Shown piece after piece: positions 8,315 to 18,848 of a stretch of 26,944 nucleotides of DNA. The notes beneath the pieces are model-generated. The model had not been told where the DNA came from and did not search any database. It saw only the letters and a program-made list of their open reading frames with translations. The stretch lies in NCBI GenBank assembly GCA_037443035.1, contig JBBIPC010000026.1, positions 15,172 to 42,115 of the forward strand. The letters are read 5' to 3'. The DNA is from Chthonomonadales bacterium. Lineage in GTDB: Bacteria > Armatimonadota > Chthonomonadetes > Chthonomonadales > CAJBBX01. The translations under genes and the position numbers were made by a program. Numbering within the stretch: position 1 is the stretch's first letter; each line of letters opens with the position of its first letter.

Positions 8315-9430
8315 ATGGCCATCGCGGTAGATCCATCGCTTCTACGCGAGCTGAAGAGGCACGGCGCCTTCGACATATCTGCGTGTTTCCACTGCGGCAA
8401 CTGCACAGCAGTATGTCCGCTCTCGGACGAGGTCGGGAACTTCCCGCGCCGGATGATACGCCTGGGCCAGATCGGCGACCGTGCACGGCTCCTGGGGAAT
8501 CCGGACACGTGGTTGTGCTACTACTGCGGCGAGTGCTCCGACACCTGTCCCCGGCAGGCGGAACCTGGAGAGTACATGGCCGCCGTTCGGCGCTACGCCA
8601 TCGCCACAGCCGAGCCTACAGGACTGGCGCGGTTCATGTATGGAAGCACCCTGGGGCTTCTCCTGATGACGGTCGTCTTCGGTATCATCCTCGGCGCGTT
8701 CCTGGTCGCGGTACGTAGCCCCGGCGAGGCTCAGCACTGGCTGTTTCGCCTGGTCTCCTACCAGACCATCCACAACGTGGGTCTGGGGGTGATGGTTCTG
8801 ACCGTGCTCAGTGCGGTCATCAGTGCCGGCAATGTCCTGCGACGCTTCCTGCGTAACGCTCCCAAGATCACGGCGCCAGCCATGGCCATGGCATGCAGAC
8901 GAACCATGGTCGAGCTGCTGACCATGAAGCGTCATCGGGACGAGACACCGACACCGGGCCAACCGTGGTACCGGAACGCCGCCACAGTTCACTTGACCAT
9001 CATGTGGGGTTTCCTAGGGCTGCTGCTGGCCACTACTCTCGACTTCGTGTTCATTGTGCTTCTGCCGCTGCACATTACAACGTTCTGGCCTGCTCGAGTT
9101 ATCGGAACGGTCAGCGGAGTTGTCATGTTGGCAGGTGTGACGGCTGCGATCGTCCGCCGGCTGACGAAAGCCGAGAAGAACGTGACGAAGACGGATCCTG
9201 TGGACTGGTGGCTCTTGTGGGTTCTCTTCGTACTGGCCATCACTGGCTTCTGGCTGGAGATCGTCGTGACCATCCGGTCGGCAAGCCCCATCCATGACGT
9301 CGTACTGCTCGTTCACGCGGCTCTGGCGATGGAGCTTGTGCTACTGGCGACGTTCACCAAACTGGCCCATGTAATCTACCGTCCCCTGGCCCTAGTCGCC
9401 TATTTCCTGCGCAAGGAGACCTCTTCGTGA
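8315..9430 (+). CDS. QmoC-like subunit: HdrC-type 2x[4Fe-4S] domain fused to an HdrE/NarI-type heme-b membrane domain
   Basis: CFHCGNCTAVCP and CYYCGECSDTCP, then about 6 hydrophobic helices with His in HLTIMWGF, LVHAAL and TKLAHVIYRP. Confidence 0.85.
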   Translation: MAIAVDPSLLRELKRHGAFDISACFHCGNCTAVCPLSDEVGNFPRRMIRLGQIGDRARLLGNPDTWLCYYCGECSDTCPRQAEPGEYMAAVRRYAIATAEPTGLARFMYGSTLGLLLMTVVFGIILGAFLVAVRSPGEAQHWLFRLVSYQTIHNVGLGVMVLTVLSAVISAGNVLRRFLRNAPKITAPAMAMACRRTMVELLTMKRHRDETPTPGQPWYRNAATVHLTIMWGFLGLLLATTLDFVFIVLLPLHITTFWPARVIGTVSGVVMLAGVTAAIVRRLTKAEKNVTKTDPVDWWLLWVLFVLAITGFWLEIVVTIRSASPIHDVVLLVHAALAMELVLLATFTKLAHVIYRPLALVAYFLRKETSS

Positions 9431-9491
9431 AGGTGTCCGGTGACGACTCTCGGCTAGCCTCGGTGCTGGCACACAAGATGAGGATAGAAGG

Positions 9492-10070
9492 ATGACAAGC
9501 GAGAAAGAACACATGTCTGCGACGACGGAAACGCTGGCAGCTCAGGTAGCGACGCTTCAGGAAGAAGTCGAGCGTCTCAAGGCGAATGCACCGGACGACA
9601 AACTCTCCATGGTGGTGTTCAGCGGCGATCTCGACCGGCAACTGGCGGCATTTATCATCGCGACCGGCGCTGCTGCCATGTTCGACGAAGTCGTCATGTT
9701 CTTCACGTTCTGGGCGACGCCAGCGTTGCGGGACCCTAAGAAGCGCCCAGGGCCAAAGGACATGATGGCGAAGATGTTCGGCTGGATGCTACCCAAAGGT
9801 GCCGGTCGGCTGAAGCTCTCCAAGATGCACATGGCCGGTATGGGGACCGGCATGATGAAAGGGCTCATGAAGAAGAAGGGTGTTCTTTCGCTGGAGCAGC
9901 TCATCCAACAGGCAGCCAACTCCGGTGTGAAGATCTACGTCTGCCAGATGAGCATGGAGCTGATGGGTTTCACCACGGATGAACTGATTGACTATCCCGA
10001 TCTCAGGGTCGCTGGCGTGGCCAAATTCCTTGCCGAGGCCGGTACGAGCAAGGCGACGCTGTTCATATAG
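9492..10070 (+). CDS. DsrE/DsrF/DrsH-like (DsrE2-type) sulfurtransferase
   Basis: LSMVVFSGDLD, AFIIATGAAAM, MFFTFW, LSKMHMAGMG, VCQMSMELMG (conserved Cys) and C-terminal TLFI. Alternative start at 9513. Confidence 0.9.
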   Translation: MTSEKEHMSATTETLAAQVATLQEEVERLKANAPDDKLSMVVFSGDLDRQLAAFIIATGAAAMFDEVVMFFTFWATPALRDPKKRPGPKDMMAKMFGWMLPKGAGRLKLSKMHMAGMGTGMMKGLMKKKGVLSLEQLIQQAANSGVKIYVCQMSMELMGFTTDELIDYPDLRVAGVAKFLAEAGTSKATLFI

Positions 10071-10210
10071 ATTGTTTCGACTAGTCCTGCGGGCAGGCTG
10101 GGGACGCTGCATGCCTCCGCCGGTGCTGTACCTCGCAGGGGCAACCAACGTGAGCCCGTGTGCCCAACGGCACAACTGGGAACGAAAAACAGGAAGGACA
10201 TGCTGCAACT

Positions 10211-10651
10211 ATGAAGCAAGTGTGCGTGGCCGCGGCAGGCGTCATTGCCGTGCTGGCGGTCACCATTGGTAGTACGCCGGCGGTAGCCACTGACGGGTAC
10301 TTCAGTCACGGCTACGGAACGCGAGTCAAGGGCATGGGAGGCGCCGGAGTCGCTCTACCGCAAGACTCCACATGCGTCGTCGTCAACCCGGCCGGGGCAT
10401 TGCGCGTCGGAAACCGCTACGATATCGGGCTTGCCCTTTTTCATCCGGAGCGTGGCTACCGCGTCGACGGCAATCCCAGCGGAGCACCGGGCACGTTCGG
10501 GCTCATGCCTGGCGGCCACGAGAGCGACAACCTGAACTTCGCTGTCCCGGCACTCTCGATCACCAGGGTGTTGGGCCCGTACTCCGCCTGTGCCTCCACC
10601 CTCGGCAGCCGCATTGTGCATCGCTTCAGGCACCGCGATGGACGCGGATGA
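10211..10651 (+). pseudogene. 3'-truncated FadL/OmpP1/TodX-like outer-membrane channel (146 aa remnant)
   Basis: Signal peptide ending PAVA, then TDGYFSHGYG...KGMGGAGVALPQD...NPAG, the hatch N-terminus of FadL-type barrels. Similarity fades around 10590 and the ORF stops flush against the convergent gene; family members are usually ~400+ aa. Confidence 0.7.
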
Positions 10652-11542
10652 TCATGCGCTTCCGACGCCGCGTGTACGGGTGCGGATGGCGTACAGGCCT
10701 CTGCCGGCCGTAATGAACAGAGTCTGGCGGTCTCGGCCGCCGAAGCAGACGTTGGCCGTCCATCGTTCGTCGGGCACCGGGATCCGCTCGATCTCCTGGC
10801 CGTCTCGGCTGAACACAACGACGCCAGGGCCGGTAAGGTACACGTTACCCTCGCTGTCTATGGTCATGCCATCGGATCCCATGTTGCAGAAAAGGCGCTT
10901 GTTACTAAGCGAACCGTCCTTAGCAATGTCGTAGGCGTACGTCTTTCCTGCACCGATGTCCGCGACGCAGAGGGTCTTGCCATCCGGCGTGCCGATGATG
11001 CCGTTCGGTTGGCGAAGATCGTCCGCGACGCGGGTGACCTTCCCGTCAGGCGATAGGAGGAAAACCGATTGAGGGTTGCGCGGTTCCGTACCAGTAGGCC
11101 AGTAGCCTCGACGGTAGTACGGGTCTGTGAAGTAGACAGCGCCGTTCGGCGCGACCCAGACGTCGTTCGGCCCATTCAGCCGGCCTCCTGCGTCGTCGCT
11201 CTTGACCGCGACTGTGTGGCGCTTGGTCCTGGGCTCGATGACCCACAGCTCGTTGTGTTCATCAGCGCAAGCCCAGAGGCGTCCTTTCCTGTCGAAGCAC
11301 AGGCCGTTCGCTCTGCCGGAGGGCTGCAGGAACGTCTCCAGCTTCCCCTCGATGGTCCACACAAGAACCCGATCGTTGGGCTGATCGGTGAAGTAGACGT
11401 TTCCGCGGCTATCGGACGCGGGCCCTTCCGTGAAGGCGAACCCGTCGGCGAGTCTGACGAGCTGCGCGCCCGGAGCGAGCACGCCACGTTGCGGCTGAAT
11501 CATCATGGCGCCAAGGAAGAGGCACAGGACGCTTGCGAACAT
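10652..11542 (-). CDS. SMP-30/gluconolactonase/LRE family protein, probably exported
   Basis: FTEGP, YFTDQ, ANGL, LNGPND, YFTDPYY, QPNGI, SDGMTID and TANVCFGG; hydrophobic N-terminus. Start uncertain (11575/11542/11506). Confidence 0.9.
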   Translation of the reverse strand: MFASVLCLFLGAMMIQPQRGVLAPGAQLVRLADGFAFTEGPASDSRGNVYFTDQPNDRVLVWTIEGKLETFLQPSGRANGLCFDRKGRLWACADEHNELWVIEPRTKRHTVAVKSDDAGGRLNGPNDVWVAPNGAVYFTDPYYRRGYWPTGTEPRNPQSVFLLSPDGKVTRVADDLRQPNGIIGTPDGKTLCVADIGAGKTYAYDIAKDGSLSNKRLFCNMGSDGMTIDSEGNVYLTGPGVVVFSRDGQEIERIPVPDERWTANVCFGGRDRQTLFITAGRGLYAIRTRTRGVGSA

Positions 11543-11597
11543 GGCTTCTGAGGCTCCCTTCCGTTCGGAGATCATGGCGCGGGCTCCGGCACTGCAG

Positions 11598-12701
11598 CTA
11601 CGGGGTACCGAACCGAGCGAGTGCGAGCTTCAGATGACGGACAGCCTCCGTCTCCCAGCGCAGGGCTGTGCGAATGGCTGCTCCTCCACCTCGACGCCTC
11701 GTGGGCTGCAACCAGAGTAGGCGGATGTCCTCGACATCGGTTACACCCGACTCTGTGCCCAGCCAATGGCCCCACTCGGTCCAGGCATCGGCGGCCCGGT
11801 GGAATAGAGCTGCTGCCTCACGGATGTGCGCACGTGCTGTCTCGGGAAAATCAGCCAGATGACGTTCCAGATAGCGTGCAGCAATGTCGCGCCCGGCTAT
11901 CTGCCGGTAGACGCAGTGGCCGCCGAGCCATCCCGCATGCCAGTGATCCGGGTCCATGGTCCGGTCTTCGATGTCCTCCGCGAACCGTTTGAGACCTTGA
12001 AGGCCGTACGAGGCGTGGTCCAGGTACCGGACATGTGCGCGTGGATCGTCATCGGCGCAACGGACCATGGCAGCGATGACCTCGCGCAGCGTCTTGGAGA
12101 CCGGCACCCTGGAGCAGGCTTCGCCGATTCGTTCCATGGCTCCGAACTCGGCTTGCCACTTCTCGAACATCTCCCAGTCCCACCATTGTTGAACGTTCCA
12201 CCCCCCGCGAACGAGAAGCCGTCGAGCGGAGGGTTCTGCATGGTCCTCGTAACCTAAGAAAACGACGTCGTCCAACCAGGACCCATGCACAGGTTTTCCC
12301 ATATCCACGGAATAGCAAATATACCTCCACGCATCCTCGGCACTTTGCGGCGATTCGGGACGTTCGAACCGAAAACCTGTGGCACTTGCCAGGCGATCAT
12401 CCACGACTTCCTGCGGATCGGGCGTTGCGTAGAGTGGTTGGTAGCGTTGCGGGTGATACGCGAACGCCGTGGCGTGGCCCGAGATGACCAGGACCGTGTC
12501 GTAGTCTACATCCTGGGCACCGGCCACCTCGAGCAACGCAGCACGGCACAGATGGGCGCTATAGAGGCGGTTGATCTGGCCTTCGTCAGTGGGGAAACTG
12601 TACCCTATTTCAGTGGCCTTTTCCAGGACACGAGCTTTCCCCACCTCGCCAGCGGCGCGCCTCGCAACGAAGTCCCTTGTTTCCGATCGTCCAGTAGACA
12701 T
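11598..12701 (-). CDS. Hypothetical protein (367 aa), possible BtrH-like / papain-fold N-terminal region
   Basis: Fills the gap between co-directional genes. The pattern DYDTVLVISGHATAF ... AWRYICYSVDMGKPV ... VFLGYED recalls BtrH_N/C39-like proteins; the fold call is weak. Confidence 0.6.
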   Translation of the reverse strand: MSTGRSETRDFVARRAAGEVGKARVLEKATEIGYSFPTDEGQINRLYSAHLCRAALLEVAGAQDVDYDTVLVISGHATAFAYHPQRYQPLYATPDPQEVVDDRLASATGFRFERPESPQSAEDAWRYICYSVDMGKPVHGSWLDDVVFLGYEDHAEPSARRLLVRGGWNVQQWWDWEMFEKWQAEFGAMERIGEACSRVPVSKTLREVIAAMVRCADDDPRAHVRYLDHASYGLQGLKRFAEDIEDRTMDPDHWHAGWLGGHCVYRQIAGRDIAARYLERHLADFPETARAHIREAAALFHRAADAWTEWGHWLGTESGVTDVEDIRLLWLQPTRRRGGGAAIRTALRWETEAVRHLKLALARFGTP

Positions 12702-12813
12702 ATCCCCAGCACGGCAAGAATAGCCGAATCCTGGGGTGGTGGCTATCGGTCCTAAGGCGAGAATACTGTAGGACGGAGGGAACGCCTGCTGCTTGGGAAG
12801 TCCTACGGAGGTC

Positions 12814-15960
<3,147 letters not shown>

Positions 15961-16027
15961 TCATCGTTGGGCGCAGAACTAGATGCGTTACAACAGAGCC
16001 GGATAAAGCCTAGTCGCCCATCGGAGC

Positions 16028-16036
16028 AGTATAGCA
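16028..16036 (-). promoter_or_regulatory. Possible extended -10 promoter (TGCTATACT) for the GH2 gene
   Basis: Reverse complement of agtatagca, about 77 nt upstream of the GH2 start. No good -35. Confidence 0.4.
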
Positions 16037-16166
16037 CCCTGAGCGCTCGAGGGGACACGTAGTACCTGCGGACGTGCGACCGGCGGCGCAACTGTGCCAT
16101 CGTCCGTGCGAAACGTGCACGGATGCGGCGTCGGAGGCAAGTATACTAAGAAGAGGTTCTAGTGTC

Positions 16167-16961
16167 TTGAGCATTTACGTCATCGTCAACCAGAAGGGTG
16201 GTGTGGGCAAGACCACCACCGCCGTCAACCTCGCAGCCTATCTCGCGCTAGCGGGCAGGAGAATCCTGCTGGTGGACCTCGACCCACAAGCCAACGCCAC
16301 CAGCGGTCTGGGGCTAGACAAGAACAGCATTGGCAAGAACGGCTCGGCGGCGGAATACGGGGTCTACCATGTCCTGGTCGAGGGTGCAGCATCCAAAGAC
16401 GCAATCGTACCGACTGCCACGACGAATCTCTGGGTGATGCCTGCGAACCTGGACCTAGCAGGTGCCGAGGTGGAGCTCATGCCCCGCGTGGCGCGCGAAA
16501 CCGTCCTCCGGCGTGCCCTGGATACGGTGCGCGCGGACTACGATATCGTTCTTCTCGACACGCCGCCATCCCTTGGCATTCTCACCGTTAACGCCCTCAC
16601 TGCCGCCGACGCGGCTGTCGTACCGATCCAGTGCGAGTACTACGCGCTGGAAGGGGTCAGCCAGCTCATGCGGACCATCGAGATCGTGCAACAATGCCTG
16701 AACCCGGGGTTGCACGTAGCAATGGTCATCCTTACCATGTACGACAGCCGTATTCGGCTATCGCAGCAGGTAGCAGACGAAGTACGGAGCGTGTTCGGGG
16801 ATCGGGTGTCGCCGACGGTCGTACCTCGCAATGTCCGCCTATCCGAGGCCCCGAGTCACGGTGAGCCCATAGCGCTCTATGACCCCGGGTCCCGAGGAGC
16901 CACAGCCTATCAGCGACTGGCGGAGGAGGTGATGCAGCTTGAGCAAACGCGGCCTCGGTAG
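16167..16961 (+). CDS. parA: Chromosome partitioning ATPase ParA/Soj
   Basis: NQKGGVGKTTT deviant Walker A, DLDPQANAT, DTPPSLG, QCEYYALEG and PRNVRLSEAPSHG. TTG start after agagg; TATACT at 16142-16147. Confidence 0.95.
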   Translation: MSIYVIVNQKGGVGKTTTAVNLAAYLALAGRRILLVDLDPQANATSGLGLDKNSIGKNGSAAEYGVYHVLVEGAASKDAIVPTATTNLWVMPANLDLAGAEVELMPRVARETVLRRALDTVRADYDIVLLDTPPSLGILTVNALTAADAAVVPIQCEYYALEGVSQLMRTIEIVQQCLNPGLHVAMVILTMYDSRIRLSQQVADEVRSVFGDRVSPTVVPRNVRLSEAPSHGEPIALYDPGSRGATAYQRLAEEVMQLEQTRPR

Positions 16962-17802
16962 AGGTCTGAACGCACTTCTGGCTGGAACCCAGGCCGACGA
17001 CGTGGCACGCAACGTGCGCGAACTGCGGCTGGAGAGCATCGCGCCGAATCCGTTCCAACCGCGAACGCATTTCGACGAGGATTCCCTGAAGGAACTAGCC
17101 GACTCCATACGGGAAAACGGCGTTCTGCAGCCGGTCCTCGTTCGCCGGCGCGGTCCAGAGCGGTACGAGATCATCGTCGGGGAGCGGCGCCTGCGGGCGT
17201 CGCGTATGGCCGGTTTAGCGACAATACCCGCCATCGTTCGGGAGTGCTCCGACAGAGATATGCTCCTCGTTGCCTTGGTGGAGAACGTCCAACGGGAGGA
17301 CGTGAACCCCGTGGAGCAGGCGCAAGCCTACTACAGGATGCAACACGAGTTCGGCCTGACGCAGGAGGAGATTGCGCGGCGCGTGGGGCGTTCCCGTTCT
17401 GCGGTTGCCAATACGACTCGGCTGCTCTCCTTGCCCGAGCGTGCGCTGCAAGCGCTACAGGATGGACGGATCACGGAAGGCCATGCCCGGTTGCTTGTGA
17501 GTTTGGATCCCTCCCTCCAAGGCACAGCGTTGGAGGCGTTTCTGGGGCGTCAAATGAGTGTGCGGGAGGCTGAAGCGTTCGTTCGCTCCCTACGACGCGG
17601 TGAGAATGCAGCACAGGCCGAAGGAGTGCAGCCCGGTAGCCGGGATCCCAACCTTGCGGCGCTGGAAGATAGCCTGTCGGTGGCACTGGGCACCCGTGTC
17701 GCTGTGGAACCGCTCGTCCGTGGCCGTGGCTCAGTACGTATCGAGTACTACACCGAGGAACAGCTCGAGGGGATTGTGGAGCGTATCATCGGCGGGAGCT
17801 AG
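16939..17802 (+). CDS. parB: Chromosome partitioning protein ParB/Spo0J
   Basis: MSKRGLGRGLNALL, PNPFQPR, GERRLRA (CTPase), ENVQRED and HTH LTQEEIARRVGRSRSAVAN..R, GHAR. Overlaps parA. Confidence 0.95.
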   Translation: MSKRGLGRGLNALLAGTQADDVARNVRELRLESIAPNPFQPRTHFDEDSLKELADSIRENGVLQPVLVRRRGPERYEIIVGERRLRASRMAGLATIPAIVRECSDRDMLLVALVENVQREDVNPVEQAQAYYRMQHEFGLTQEEIARRVGRSRSAVANTTRLLSLPERALQALQDGRITEGHARLLVSLDPSLQGTALEAFLGRQMSVREAEAFVRSLRRGENAAQAEGVQPGSRDPNLAALEDSLSVALGTRVAVEPLVRGRGSVRIEYYTEEQLEGIVERIIGGS

Positions 17803-17818
17803 GTGGATACGCGGGATG

Positions 17819-17834
17819 TGTTTCACGTGAAACA
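17819..17834. promoter_or_regulatory. parS: parS centromere-like site
   Basis: TGTTTCACGTGAAACA is a perfect match to the 16-bp chromosomal parS consensus, 16 nt after the parB stop. Confidence 0.95.
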
Positions 17835-17915
17835 GTCCGCATGATCTCGCGCCGGTCGGCTCTAGCATCCGCCGCAGCAGGATTGAGTTGCGCTCTGAAC
17901 GAATGGTAAGGCACC

Positions 17916-18848
17916 ATGTCCGCCCCTTCCATGCTTCGCCGAATCCACCCACGCACCCAAGGCGGTCCATCGAAGCACTCTTCGTTCTTGCTGGTCGTAG
18001 GGATGCTCCTGCCTTCCGTGGCGCTCCTCTTGGTGTTCAACTACGCGCCGGCCGTCATCGGTCTCTACCGGGCTTTCACGCACTGGGAAACAGGTGAAGC
18101 TCCGCACTGGTGCGGCCTCGCCAACTTCGTAGCTATGGGTCGTGATGAATTCCTCCGTATCAGTGTGGGCAACCAGATCCTGTTGCTGTTAGCGAGCCTT
18201 GCCAAGACCCTCATCGCGCCGTTCGTCGTGGCGGAGCTGCTAACCGGCCTCCGATCGAGCCGTCTCCAGTACGTGTTGCGCACGGCGTTCATCCTTCCCA
18301 TGGTGGTGCCCGGCATGGTGACCATGCTCCTCTGGGCGTTCATCTACGATGGCAGTATCGGCTTGCTAAACATGATCCTCGAGGCGCTGGGCATGGGCAA
18401 TCTCACGCGCGCGTGGCTCGGTGAGGCCAATACCGCTCTCCTGGCCATCGTAGGCGTGGGCTTTCCGTGGGCTGGAGGGCTGGCCTTGCTCATCTACCTG
18501 GCCGGTCTCAACGGCATCTCCGCCGACGTCTGGGATGCCACGGCTTTGGATGGCGCAGCTGGTCTCCGTCGCATCTTCGCGGTGGATATTCCGCTCCTAC
18601 GCCCCCAGATTCGCTTGCTGGCCACTCTGACCATCATCGGTTCGCTCCAGGACTTCGGCAGCATCCTCATTCTGACCGGCGGTGGCCCCGGCCTGGCTAC
18701 CCACGTACCGGCCCTTCACATGTACTTCCAAGCGTTCCGGTTCGGCCATATGGGCTATGCGTCCGCTATTGGATTCGTGCTGTTCCTCGTGATCTTCGTT
18801 CTCGCTGTGCTCAATCAGCGATGGGGGCGCCGAGAGGTCGAGGCGTGA
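17916..18848 (+). CDS. Carbohydrate ABC transporter permease (CUT1, MalF/UgpA-like)
   Basis: GLANF, LPMVVP, GLLN.IL..LG, WLG, IYLAGLNGI, EAA-like loop DATALDGA and GYASAIG; several TM helices. Start approximate. Confidence 0.9.
   Translation: MSAPSMLRRIHPRTQGGPSKHSSFLLVVGMLLPSVALLLVFNYAPAVIGLYRAFTHWETGEAPHWCGLANFVAMGRDEFLRISVGNQILLLLASLAKTLIAPFVVAELLTGLRSSRLQYVLRTAFILPMVVPGMVTMLLWAFIYDGSIGLLNMILEALGMGNLTRAWLGEANTALLAIVGVGFPWAGGLALLIYLAGLNGISADVWDATALDGAAGLRRIFAVDIPLLRPQIRLLATLTIIGSLQDFGSILILTGGGPGLATHVPALHMYFQAFRFGHMGYASAIGFVLFLVIFVLAVLNQRWGRREVEA

Noticed and set aside
4768..9430. Calling the operon canonical qmoABC (sulfate reduction) or methanogen hdrABC
   Set aside because: No aprAB/sat/dsr or hdrB in the window, and the domain split and MvhD differ. 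Gene symbols withheld.
10590..10934. Frameshifted continuation of the FadL-like gene
   Set aside because: The alternative frame runs antisense into the gluconolactonase, shows no convincing beta-barrel pattern, and leaves no room for the missing part.
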